Positions 36,801-49,400 of a stretch of DNA of 64,000 nucleotides are shown piece after piece. The translations under genes and the position numbers were made by a program. Source of the stretch: Eledone cirrhosa (Eukaryota). Each line of letters starts with the position of its first letter. Within the stretch, counting starts at the first letter, position 1. The DNA is taken from NCBI GenBank assembly GCA_964016885.1, contig OZ024740.1, positions 204,600,001 to 204,664,000 of the forward strand. Direction: 5' to 3'. The notes below the pieces were generated by a model that saw only the letters and a program-made list of their open reading frames with translations, was not told the DNA's origin and made no database searches.

Positions 36801-38844
36801 ATATATATATGTGTTTATATCTCTATTATATCTGTATTTTTTACCGTTGGTCAGTCAATGGTAAACATTGAGGACCGAATGAATTAACTGATATAAAAGA
36901 TACAGAAGCGAAAACCAACCAAACAGTGAGTGTGTTCTGTTATTAATTCTAGCAATACTATTACAACAATATGACCCTCCCCAAGTATAACAATGCTTAT
37001 TTCATCGATTGCTATCAAGTAACAGGCCACAACATAAACCCAGGCAAACACACAAATGAGTGTGTGTGTGTGTGTGTGTGTGTGCGCGTGCATGCACACA
37101 CACATTGGCCTTTAGCCTCAGTCAGATTAACTGAGGTACAAACTGTTTTGTTAGAGCTAACAACATCACCCAAAAGATTTACTGTCTTTGTTTAAAAGGA
37201 AATTATCAAAGGCCATGTGTTTAATGTTTCCTGGGTGTACAATTCTTATAAAATACAAGAGATTTTGACCCCAGGAGGTAGAGAGCCTATTTCTTTGCTC
37301 TGCCACAGAACAGTCAGCTTCTTTGCTCTGCAACATTCAGACAGCACAGTTCATGATGTAGCTACACACACACACACTGTTAGCCAGCCTTACTGGCTAG
37401 GAGGACTGGCCACCAACATCAACCAAAGTCTAAGTCTAAGGATTGTTTTAAGCCAGAAGGCCCATTAGGCAAGTGCTTATCCTGGTTTCATGGCTTGATG
37501 CAACAGAGTACAAGACTCCCCCCAGACAGGACGCAAGTCCATTGCAGGGTTAAACCTCCAGGTATTGCTGGTATTCATCTTCAGCTGAGTATACTGGAGC
37601 AACGTGAATGAAGTGTTTTGGTCAAGAACACAACACACAACCCAGCCCAGGAATCAAACCCATGACATTATGATTGTAAGTCCAACACACTTACCACTAG
37701 GCCACACGCTCCACACAATATCAACCAAAAGATTAGTAAATTCACTACTTTGAGATTCTACATCCACACACACAATCAACACACTACAATTACATGTACC
37801 TTTGTACCTTTTTTCATTGTTTGATATTACTGTACACGATTTCAAAATCATGTAGCCAATAAAAACAAAAATTAGTGTAAATTGATATCAATGTAATTGG
37901 AGAAAACTGTTTTCCCTACAGCAATATCACATCACATCAACAAACATCTACAACCTCTGGTTTCTTTGTTCAAGGCAAGATTTCATAGCAATATATCTCT
38001 TAACTCACTGAAACACACTTCCCTCACTTGACATGGACTTGACCTACCACTTATTCAATTATTTCATCCACTCCTACTACACCACTACAAATCAACCAAA
38101 CAAACTAACAAGCAATCTGCTTTACCCCACCAAATATAAACTATATATACATGTGTAAAAGTTGACCCCAATTTTTGGCCCCAAAATATGGATTTTTTTC
38201 CATGTATTTCATTTAACCCTTTAGCATTCAAACCAGCCTTATGCAGCTAGAATTCTCTCACCTCTTTCTGTTCAAACCAGCCATAACTAGCTGCTCATAC
38301 TTATATTAAAGTATTGTTCTCAAAATAAATATCAAAATCTCATAAATTCAATATTATGTGAGACAAAGTGTTTACCATGAAAATACAATAGTAAATATAG
38401 AATAATGTAAATGCTAGAGGGTTAAATGGTGATTACTACTTCAAAGACACAAACCAGCATTAGTAGACAAATGACTAAAACCAGTAAAAGAAAAAAGAAT
38501 GTTTATTGATTCTATTGATGTTTGATCTCTAGTTAAGATCTACATTGAATTCTAGAGGTGAAGTGAACAATTAAGTGCTAGTAGAAACAATAACTGTCCA
38601 AGTAAGAAATAATAAAATGAACATAATAGTGCCACCATTTCAAACTAAACCACCTGAAACTGCTCCTGGTTCTATATAACAAAACTGGTTATTTTTAAGT
38701 TTTTATATTTATCTAAAAACTTTCTATCATAATTTTATGTAAGGCCCTATATTAAATTATATTCCAAACACCAGCAAAATAATGAGAAAGCTAGTTATTA
38801 AATACCTTCAAATTCTTGATTTGAAAAATATAGACAGTGTGCGC

Positions 38845-39090
<246 letters not shown>

Positions 39091-39275
39091 GCGTGCGCGT
39101 TTAGTTTGCTTTTTTTTTTAAATTAGAAAAAAAAAAAGAGTTAATCCAGTGTCAGTGTGGCAAGATGGCCAGTCACGTATTTGCTGATGGTTATAGTGTG
39201 TGTATGTAATAATCTAATTTCCATATTTGCTGCTGTTGGTACACACATCACACAACAACACTGAAGACCTTTATT

Positions 39276-39475
39276 NNNNNNNNNNNNNNNNNNNNNNNNN
39301 NNNNNNNNNNNNNNNNNNNNNNNNNNNNNNNNNNNNNNNNNNNNNNNNNNNNNNNNNNNNNNNNNNNNNNNNNNNNNNNNNNNNNNNNNNNNNNNNNNNN
39401 NNNNNNNNNNNNNNNNNNNNNNNNNNNNNNNNNNNNNNNNNNNNNNNNNNNNNNNNNNNNNNNNNNNNNNNNNNN
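39276..39475. other. Assembly gap (200 N) with duplicated flanks
   Basis: Sequence at about 39090-39275 reappears almost identically at 39476-39659. Confidence 0.95.
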
Positions 39476-40121
39476 TGCGTGCGCGTTTAGTTTGCTTTTT
39501 TTTTAAATTAGAAAAAAAAAAGAGTTAATCCAGTGTCAGTGTGGCAAGATGGCCAGTCACGTATTTGTTGATGGTTATAGTGTGTGTATGTAATAATCTA
39601 ATTTCCATATTTGCTGCTGTTAGTACACACATCACACAACAACACTGAAGACCTTTATTAAAGATCACTGAAATTCAATATGGCAGCAAAATATTTATCT
39701 CAATGACATTTAAACAGTTTATCAATATCTAAAAGAAATACATATGTTAGATGGTTATCATAAATAAAGTAGGTCACATTTGATTGCTTAATGTTAATAT
39801 ATCATCATCATTGTTTCATATCCCATTTTTCCACGCTAACATGGGTTTGACGAGTTATCCTGTTGTGAGCAAAGCCAGGTCAGGTGACTATGTCTTGCTC
39901 AAAAAGAACTGTTTTGAGCCGAGTTTCTACAGCTGGATGCCCTTCCTAACGCCAAGTTAAGAAGATGCATCAACTGGGAATTGAAGCTGGGCCACCCACG
40001 TGGCAGGTGCGCATTCTACACTGAACCACTGATGTATCTATATTTATTGATTTATTGACTAACTGACATTTTCTTTAACAGTTTTGACAGCAAATCTCTT
40101 GAAAATTAAGTTATGTTTCTT

Positions 40122-40625
40122 CCACAAGCAGGCTGTTCTGTTGATTGAACAACTGGATCACAAATGACCCATTCAGTCATGTCACTTTCACAAGCAGGCT
40201 GTTCTGTTGATTGAACAACTGGACCACAAATGACCCATTCAGTCATGTCACTTTCACAAGCAGGCTGTTCTGTTGATTGAACAACTGGACCACAAATGAC
40301 CCATTCAGTCATGTCACTTTCACAAGCAGGCTGTTCTGTTGATTGAACAACTGGACCACAAATGACCCATTCAGTCATGTCACTTTCACAAGCAGGCTGT
40401 TCTGTTGATTGAACAACTGGACCACAATGACCCATTCAGTCATGTCACTTTCACAAGCAGGCCTGTTCTGTTGATTGAACAACTGGATCACAAATGACCC
40501 ATTCAGTCATGTCACTTTCACAAGCAGGCTGTTCTGTTGATTGAACAACTGGATCACAAATGACTCATTCAGTCATGTCACTTTCACAAGCAGGGCTGTT
40601 CTGTTGATTGAACAACTGGATCACT
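40122..40625. repeat. 66-bp minisatellite (about 7.5 copies)
   Basis: Unit cacaagcaggctgttctgttgattgaacaactggaccacaaatgacccattcagtcatgtcacttt. Confidence 0.95.
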
Positions 40626-40734
40626 CATCATTGAAACTGACGGAGGTCCATTCCATTGCCCTACCATAAACCATAGAGCTTGTTTCTATGTAAGGAAACA
40701 ATAAAGACATTCAGAGATAAAAGCAATTACATTG

Positions 40735-40863
40735 ATGTACTACTGTATGTATGGACCTGTAATCCCTGATGAGTTTCTAAATATTGTACTACTGTATGTA
40801 TGGACCTGTAATCCCTGATGAGTTTCTAAATGTTGTACTACTGTATGTATGGACCTGTAATCC
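40735..40863. repeat. 49-bp tandem repeat (about 2.6 copies)
   Basis: tactgtatgtatggacctgtaatcc recurs at 40741, 40790 and 40839. Confidence 0.9.
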
Positions 40864-41180
40864 TTGAGTCCATAAGATGTTGTAGTGACATATGGCGTAT
40901 CTTAGACAATTTTTTAGACCAGGCAGAACCCAACCAACCCCTTCTAGAGAAAGAGAGAGAAGTGTGAGAGAAAGGAAATAAATGAGAAAGGTATAAGAAG
41001 AATTAATACCAGTGTTAGACTGGAACTTTATCAACTTCGAAAGGATGATCTCACCCAGTATTTGAACTCAGAACACAGAAAGCTGGAATAAATACCACAA
41101 AGTATTCTATGCAGCATTCTAATGACTGCCAATTCACCACCTGGATGTACTATTAATAAGTAAAAATACTACAAACTTAC

Positions 41181-41294
41181 ATTAGTATCATTGGCTGATG
41201 TACCTTCTTTTGGTTTGGTGCCTGGTTTCACTGGCGGACATACAATACCATTGATAACCAACACCACCAAAGTTATTAATACTGGTAAAAACAT
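41181..41294 (-). CDS. NUCB2: Nucleobindin coding exon 1 (ATG, signal peptide)
   Basis: Minus strand reads ttttcag|GAAGCTGTGTG-ATG...AAT|gtaagt. Translates MFLPVLITLVVLVINGIVCPPVKPGTKPKEGTSANDTN, a hydrophobic signal peptide followed by PPV. 114 nt, phase 0, joins in frame to the 17123 exon. The acceptor at 41306-41307 implies a further upstream non-coding exon. Confidence 0.8.
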
Positions 41295-42444
41295 CACACA
41301 GCTTCCTGAAAATATATATATTAAAAAATGTTTAAATTTTACTAACAAAAAGAAAAATACAAAACAAGAACATTAATTCATTTCTTATGAAAGACACTAC
41401 AGATGATTTTTAATTCACTTTGAAAATAATCAAAGTAAAGATTTGTAAAGATTTAGTAAATTAATTAACTTTTTCATTATTAAGCTGGTATTTGAATCAT
41501 AACAAAGATTTTTACATACACTTATATGGATGGCTTAAATTGAAATATGAACACTTTAAATCAAACAATATCATAAAACCAAGGTAGTTTAGTATCAGAA
41601 GCCATAATTCTTTAGAATAGTAGTTTGAAGTTTTGTGAGAAGTTTCGTGAGAAGAGAAATTTAAAAAAAAACTGAGAAGGGTAAAACTAATGTTGAAATA
41701 AAAATAGGTTTAAAATTCCATCTTTCCTTTGCAAAGCAAATAATTTTGAGTTTTGCAGAGATTCCACCTCAATATTACTTTATATCACAAGTAAATGTTT
41801 TCAGAGACACAAGCATGGCTTGTGTGGTTTCACTCACAAGGTACTATAGACATAAACACAGACATTCACACACACACACACACACACACACATTATATAT
41901 ATGAAAAAATAATGATCGAGATGAAGCAAGAGTGTATTTGAATACATATAGAGTTCATCGCTAGAACAGCTGTTAAAATAGCTAAATGCTGTCAAAGACA
42001 GCAATGGGCAAAAATGCCTCAGAGACTAGTAACCAGTGGTCAACAGAGAGAATCCACAAAGTGGGTGATAGGCAGAGGAAATATAGAATAGATTGAAAGA
42101 AGTGTGTTGGCGTAGAAAAGTGACTGGAAGAAGGAAACAAAGAATGGCGATGTACAGGACAAGTTTACACACACATGGCCGTGTAGGTAACACGGTAAAA
42201 ACCTCCCAGTCCACACTGTAAACGTGGTTGGTGTTAGGAAGAGCATCCAGCCGTAGAAAACCTGCCAGACAGTCCTATACGAGCAAGACATGGTCACCCA
42301 ACCAATCTTGCCTCAAGTAGGACAATTCCCATCTAAACTCATGTTAGCGTGGAAGATAGACGTTAAACGATGATGATCTTCACCATCAGCTCTCAAACCA
42401 GCAAAATGGTTATGAGAGAGAGAATATACATATATATATATATA

Positions 42445-42635
42445 CTAGCAGTGGTATCCGGCGTTGCACGGGATAAGGTATTTTGGAATGCAGGCCGCCA
42501 ACAGACCTAATCGTGGAAAAACTGCATGCCTCGACAATATGTAAAGAAAATAACCCGAATCCTCTGATGGCTGGAAAATATTTAAGATTTTCCTCGATGA
42601 AGCAGGAAAAATGCAGGTTTTCACCTAATCCCTGA
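42445..42635 (-). mobile_element. Helitron 3'-end fragment
   Basis: Minus strand CCCGTGCAACGCCGG...CTAG|T, the same terminal signature as at 10493-10520. Confidence 0.55.
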
Positions 42636-42699
42636 CTTTTATACATTATTCTATGCACTATACATGCACCTTTGATGTTGTAGTACACAATACTTTTCA

Positions 42700-45430
42700 T
42701 TACCAATTCTTCAACGCAAAACACGAAGGCTGCGTTGTCAGAGCTAGAGCGCGTGCTCTGAAACACGAGGGGACAAAAGCCGTCCAATGGGCCCGGATGG
42801 CAGAGGCACGACGTGGCAACAAAGCCACAATTCGGTCTTTGTCTGACCAAAACGGGTGCGTGTTGCTCGAACCCGAGCAAATGTGTGAAGCTTTTCAACA
42901 GCACTTTGCTGAACTGCTCAGGAGTAGCGGCAGGCCGGATCGGGGCATGGACTTCAGTGCATACCTCGACTCTCGACACCGCAGCACAGTGTTGCGAAAA
43001 GCCAATAACAGCCGGTGAAATACGGGAAGCGATGGCTAACTGCACGAGGGATAAATCGCCATGTTTGGATGGTCTGCCTTTACGAGCTTTATGCATTTAT
43101 GCCAGACTTGTTCGGTGACCTCTTGGCAGACGTCTTCTGCAACTGGCAGCAGAACAGGAGCATTCCCAGTTTTGTGAGCCGGGGAGCAGTGGCGCTGCTG
43201 AGAAAAGACCCAAACAAGGGGGATGTTATTGATAATTTCAGGCCCATAACCCTGCTAAACGCAGAGTTCAAGATTTAGGCCAAGGTGTTAGCAACGAGGT
43301 TGGCGCTTGTCGTCAAGGGTCTGGTGGGAGAGGCGCAGACATGCGCCATTTCGGATAGATCCATACACGACACCTTCCACCTCATGCAACACATCATAGA
43401 GAGGGTGGTTAAGGAACCTGGCACGGGTGGGGCCCTGATCAACTTGGATCAATCCAAAGCATTCAATAGGGTCGACCATCGGTACCTGGTGGTGGTCCTT
43501 GAGGCAGCCGGTTTTGGGCTCGTTTTCAGGGGTTGGATCGCTGCGATGTACAGCGACATCTGCTCAGTTGTGAGGGTGAACGGTCACCTGTCGCAGCCGT
43601 TCAGCATCATGCGCTCGGTCCGCCAGGGTTGTCCCCTCTCGTCCCTCTTGTACGTATTGGCTCTCGAGCCGTTACTGCACAAACTGGGGGCGATGAGTGG
43701 TGTCCCATGCGAACTAGGATGCGGGAAATCCGAGTCGGCTTACGCCGACGACGTCACCGTGGTGGTGGTGTCGCGCACCAGACACGTCCAGATGCTCGGC
43801 ACCGCTCTCAAGGAATACGAAGCGATGACAGGAGCAAAGATAAACCAGGAAAAGTCGGTGGGCTTGAAGATCGGCACCTGGAGAGGCAAGTCCATGCCGT
43901 CCGACAGCGTCGTGGGGGCGTTGGACGGACGGACCGGTTAAATTGCTCGGAGTCTGGTTCAGACCAGATCTCCAGATGGAGAAAAACTGGAACGAGGTGA
44001 AGAGCAAAGTGGCCTCCCTCACCCAGAAATGGGCCGAGAGGAAGCTGTCCCTGAAAGGCCGGGCAGAGGTGGCGAATGCGTACATTGCATCCGTCATCTG
44101 CTACCGCCTCACCGTCGTCCTTTGCCCCGGCCCAACTCTCACCAAAATGGAGCGCCTCCTCTTCCACTTTTTGTGGAAAGGACGCGCTCTCATGGTCAAA
44201 CGATCCATCTGCTGTCAACACCCGTTGCATGGAAGACTGGGCATGCCATGGCTGATGATGCGCAAACATGCGCTGAGGCTGCGACATCTCTGGTGCTTCC
44301 TTGCACGTTTTCCCACAGCTCGTCTCCTTGACGGAGCTGCAGTCCTGGGTCAGAAAAAGACCGAGGGATAGCGCTTGGAAACTGGAAGGTTTCCAAACGC
44401 TCACTGCCCTCTGCCAGCTGGGCACCAGTATCGGTGGAACATCCAGCTCGGCGTTCTATAGAGGACTAGTGGAGGGGAAGAGCGACGACGTTCTCGGAGA
44501 GAAACTGGGAGGGGAAGAACGACGACGTTCTCGGAGAGAAACTGGGCGTCGAAGAAGATCAGCTGTTTGCTCTCTTCCGGAGAACTTTCAGCCCAGGGCC
44601 TATGGATAACTTCCAAAAATCCCTGGCCTGGCAGTGCTACCGGGGAGTGCTGCCGGTTTGAGATAAGCTCTACAGGCACGGAAGTGCCGTCAGCCGAGCC
44701 TGTCCGAGATGCGCGCAGAGCGACGAAACTGTCGTGCACGCACTTGTTCAGTGCCCGAGCATTGTTGACTTGTGGAGCTATGTCGAACAGTTGCTGTCGC
44801 ATGTAGGACTGATCCGGTTATCGACCGAGTCCATTGTGCAGATGGTCTCGCCGCATTCCTTCGAGGAGGAAGGGCAGGCGGTTTTCATCTGCCTGGTGGC
44901 CATGGCAAAAGAGATTGTGTAGTGGACAAGGTTGAAAGGGTTAAAGACAGACACTTTCCTCTTCGGCGAATCCCTAATTAACTTTTTCAAGTTTCACTTG
45001 AAGAGGAAAATCAGGGTGGAGAGGCAAGTGCTGCTTTCTAGCAAGTTTGTTGAAAGGTGGGTGAATGTAGCGAGAATGGTCCGAGTGAACAGGACCGCTC
45101 TGAATATACGTCTGTAGTTTGAGAAATGGAAAAAATTGAGAGAGGGCGCTTGCCCTGGTGGTCAAGGTGGCCGTGGTCTTTTGTGTGATTTTCGCCACGA
45201 GTAACCCTCGGAGGTTTCCCCCATATTGGGGAATTTTTCATTGTTTCAATTTTCATTTTTATTGTTTATATATATATATATACATGTTTCTATGTTTTTT
45301 TTTCTTTTCTTATATAAATAATAAAAATATTTACACGCACAAAACCCACATCGTACCGTCCTGTGACGTCTGTAATGTTTTTCTTGATGTCAGCCCTTGT
45401 GGCCAATAAAGAAATCATTATTATTATCAT
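42700..45430 (+). mobile_element. 5'-truncated Tx1/L1-clade LINE ORF2 pseudogene
   Basis: KSPCLDGLPYE, NFRPITLLNAEFKI*AKVLATRL, LDQSKAFNRVDH, VRQGCPLS, AYADDV and C-terminal CPRC...ETVVHALVQCP. Has stops and frameshifts. AATAAA plus (ATT)n tail. GC-rich relative to the host. Confidence 0.9.
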
Positions 45431-45434
45431 TGTT

Positions 45435-45820
45435 AAAGGGCAGTGGATTGGCAGTATCGGTAGAGGGTCAGGCGCCATGCTTTGATGCATAGAGTTATGG
45501 CCCTTGCCATTCTGAGTTCAAATCCCGCCGAGGTTAACTTTGCCTTTCATCCTTACGGGGTCGATAAAATAAAGTACCAGTAATGCACTGGGTAATTACT
45601 GGCCTTGTGCCAAAAGTAGAAACAATTTTTATTATCATTATTTTAAGAGCAGTGGATAGGCAGAATCGGTGGAACGTCAGATAAAATGCTTGCAGTATTT
45701 AGTTATGGTCCTTTATGTACTGAGTTTAAATCCCACCTTACGGGGTCGATAAAATAAAGTACCAGTAATGCACTGGGTAATTACTGGCCTTGTGCCAAAA
45801 GTAGAAACGATTATTATTAT
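45435..45820 (+). mobile_element. Two tandem tRNA-derived SINEs (core GCCTTTCATCC...GATAAAATAAAGTACCAG)
   Basis: B-box GAGTTCAAATCC. Same family at about 7183-7290, 7395-7610(-), 16785-16965, 18595-18775(-), 20795-21070 (two copies), 22780-22875 and 23505-23610(-). Confidence 0.8.
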
Positions 45821-46403
45821 TTTAAATGAAAACTAATATAATAATATAAACAACAATTAGCAAGCTGAAGAACTTGTTACAAGTTTTATCCCAACATCAA
45901 ATCCTCCATTTCCACTTTAATAGCATTAGCTCACAAGATATGAAGCTGATCCAGTATTATACAAACACAACATACATCCTGAACAGGTCTTCAGCTTGTC
46001 AAGAAAGCTGGTGAGGCCACTAAACAAACAGGAGACAAATAATTAGAACATCTTTGACTAGATTGTGTAAAGAAAGACTGAAGAGAGGGAGAGGACATAG
46101 TGTAGCTGGATATTTGTTCTTGATTGACAGGTTAATCTCACCATTAACACTGCAACAGTACAACTGACATCTTCATAATATTTTTCAACACACTGACCTA
46201 CACATCACATCACCTCACATTTTTATTATAAACTTCTCTCTCTCTCATTCAGTCTCCCTCTCATTTTACTGATCTCTCTCTCCCCCACTCTCTTCCTCTC
46301 TCAATCTTCTATGTAGTGCTGTAATAATGGTCACACAGTGTCCCTTCCTCAACAATGGAGAAGGTTCAGCAAGGTAGTAGTAACTCCTTAAAGAACTAAA
46401 ATC

Positions 46404-49400
46404 CTTGGAAGGTAATAGAACCTTCTCAAAGAAGAACTAACATCCTTGGAAGGTAATAGCACCTTCTCAAAGAAGAACTAACATCCTTGGAAGGTAATAG
46501 CAACTTCTCAAAGAAGAACTAAGATCCTTGGAAGGTAATAACACCTTCTCAAAGAAGAACTAACATCCTTGGAAGGTAATAGCACCTTCTCAAAGAAGAA
46601 CTAAGATCCTTGGAAGGTAATAGCACCTTCTCAAAGAAGAACTAACATCCTTGGAAGGTAATAGCACCTTCTCAAAGAAGAACTAAGATCATTGGAAGGT
46701 AATAGCAACTTCTCAAAGAAGAACTAACATCCTTGGAAGGTAATAGCACCTTCTCAAAGAAGAACTAACATCCTTGGAAGGTAATAGCACCTTCTCAAAG
46801 AAGAACTAAGATCCTTGGAAGGTAATAGCACCTTCTCAAAGAAGAACTAACATCCTTGGAAGGTAATAGCAACTTCTCAAAGAAGAACTACGATCCTTGG
46901 AAGGTAATAGCAACTTCTCAAAGAAGAACTACGATCCTTGGAAGGTAATAGCACCTTCTCAAAGAAGAACTAACATCCTTGGAAGGTAATAGCAACTTCT
47001 CAAAGAAGAACTACGATCCTTGGAAGGTAATAGCAACTTCTCAAAGAAGAACTACGATCCTTGGAAGGTAATAGCACCTTCTCAAAGAAGAACTAACATC
47101 CTTGGAATGTAATAGCACCTTCTCAAAGAAGAACTAACATCCTTGGAAGGTAATAGCAACTTCTCAAAGAAGAACTAACATCCTTGGAAGGTAATAGCAA
47201 CTTCTCAAAGAAGAACTAACATCCTTGGAAGGTAATAGCAACTTCTCAAAGAAGAACTAACATCCTTGGAAGGTAATAGCACCTTCTCAAGGAAGAACTA
47301 ACATCCTTGGAAGGTAATAGCACCTTCTCAAAGAAGAACTAAGATCCTTGGAAGGTAATAGCACCTTCTCAAAGAAGAACTAACATCCTTGGAAGGTAAT
47401 AGCACCTTCTCGAAGAAGAACTAACATCCTTGGAAGGTAATAGCACCTTCTCAAAGAAGAACTAACATCCTTGGAAGGTAATAGCACCTTCTCAAAGAAG
47501 AACTAACATCCTTGGAAGGTAATAGCAACTTCTCAAAGAAGAACTAAGATCCTTGGAAGGTAATAGCAACTTCTCAAAGAAGAACTAACATCCTTGGAAG
47601 GTAATAGCACCTTCTCAAAGAAGAACTAAGATCCTTGGAAGGTAATAGCACCTTCGCAAAGAAGAACTAAGATCATTGGAAGGTAATAGCAACTTCTCAA
47701 AGAAGAACTAACATCATTGGAAGGTAATAGCACCTTCTCAAAGAAGAACTAAGATCCTTGGAAGGTAATAGCACCTTCTCAAAGAAGAACTAAGATCCTT
47801 GGAAGGTAATAGCACCTTCTCGAAGAAGAACTAAGATCCTTGGAAGTTAATAGCACCTTCTCAAAGAAGAACTAACATCCTTGGAAGGTAATAGCACCTT
47901 CTCAAAGAAGAACTAACATCCTTGGAAGGTAATAGCACCTTCTCAAAGAAGAACTAACATCCTTGGAAGGTAATAGCAACTTCTCAAAGAAGAACTAAGA
48001 TCCTTGGAAGGTAATAGCAACTTCTCAAAGAAGAACTAACATCCTTGGAAGGTAATAGCACCTTCTCAAAGAAGAACTAAGATCCTTGGAAGGTAATAGC
48101 AACTTCTCAAAGAAGAACTAACATCATTGGAAGGTAATAGCACCTTCTCAAAGAAGAACTAACATCCTTGGAATGTAATAGCACCTTCTCAAAGAAGAAC
48201 TAACATCCTTGGAAGGTAATAGCAACTTCTCAAAGAAGAACTAACATCCTTGGAAGGTAATAGCAACTTCTCAAAGAAGAACTAACATCCTTGGAAGGTA
48301 ATAGCAACTTCTCAAAAAAGAACTAACATCCTTGGAAGGTAATAGCACCTTCTCAAAGAAGAACTAACATCCTTGGAAGGTAATAGCACCTTCTCAAAGA
48401 AGAACTAAGATCCTTGGAAGGTAATAGCACCTTCTCAAAGAAGAACTAAGATCCTTGGAAGGTAATAGCAACTTCTCAAAGAAGAACTAAGATCCTTGGA
48501 AGGTAATAGCACCTTCTCAAAGAAGAACTAACATCCTTGGAAGGTAATAGCAACTTCTCAAAGAAGAACTAAGATCATTGGAAGGTAATAGCACCTTCTC
48601 AAAGAAGAACTAACATCCTTGGAAGGTAATAGCACCTTCTCAAAGAAGAACTAAGATCCTTGGAAGGTAATAGCAACTTCTCAAAGAAGAACTAAGATCC
48701 TTGGAAGGTAATAGCAACTTCTCAAAGAAGAACTAAGATCCTTGGAAGGTAATAGCACCTTCTCAAAGAAGAACTAACATCCTTGGAAGGTAATAGCACC
48801 TTCTCAAAGAAGAACTAAGATCCTTGGAAGGTAATAGCAACTTCTCAAAGAAGAACGAACATCCTTGGAAGGTAATAGCAACTTCTCAAAGAAGAACTAA
48901 CATCCTTGGAAGGTAATAGCACCTTCTCAAAGAAGAACTACGATCTTTGGAAGGTAATAGCAACTTCTCAAAGAAGAACTAACATCCTTGGAAGGTAATA
49001 GCAACTTCTTTGAGAAGAACTAACATCATTGGAAGGTAATAGCACCTTCTCAAAGAAGAACTAACATTCTTGGAAGGTAATAGCAATTTCTCAAAGAACT
49101 AAGATCCTTGGAAGGTAATAGCAATTTCTCAAAGAAGAACTACGATCCTTGGAAGGTAATAGCAACTTCTCAAAGAAGAACTAACATCCTTGGAAGGTAA
49201 TAGCACCTTCTCAAAGAAGAACTAACATCCTTGGAAGGTAATAGCAATTTCTCAAAGAAGAACTAAGATCCTTGGAAGGTAATAGCAACTTCTCAAAGAA
49301 GAACTAACATCCTTGGAAGGTAATAGCAACTTCTCAAAGAAGAACTAACATCCTTGGAAGGTAATAGCACCTTCTCAAAGAAGAACTAACATCCTTGGAA

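Larger units (their letters stand above)
30218..37003 (-). mobile_element. Penelope-like retroelement with inverted pseudo-LTR arms (decayed)
   Basis: Minus-strand ORF pieces in order: LPPKFAIY (35200-36225); RT IPPLYGLHKDHK...TRPV...IGSMDVVSLYP (34234-35058); degenerate RYADG at about 34110; thumb LSVLDTELW...HYAKPMAS (33542-34039); linker FVDATRGGKLA...VEKPG; GIY-YIG NIVYSIRC...YIGE...IREA...PKLNRKNEW (31029-31372). Arms 30218-31256 and 36275-37003 are inverted copies. Confidence 0.9.

Noticed and set aside
40106-40435. 22-aa Cys-containing repeat ORF as an extra NUCB exon
   Set aside because: Neighbouring units have 1-bp indels that break the frame, and NUCB exons 1 and 2 join in phase without it.
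40760-40830. Hammerhead in the 49-bp repeat (CTGATGAG)
   Set aside because: No downstream stem II or GAAA core.
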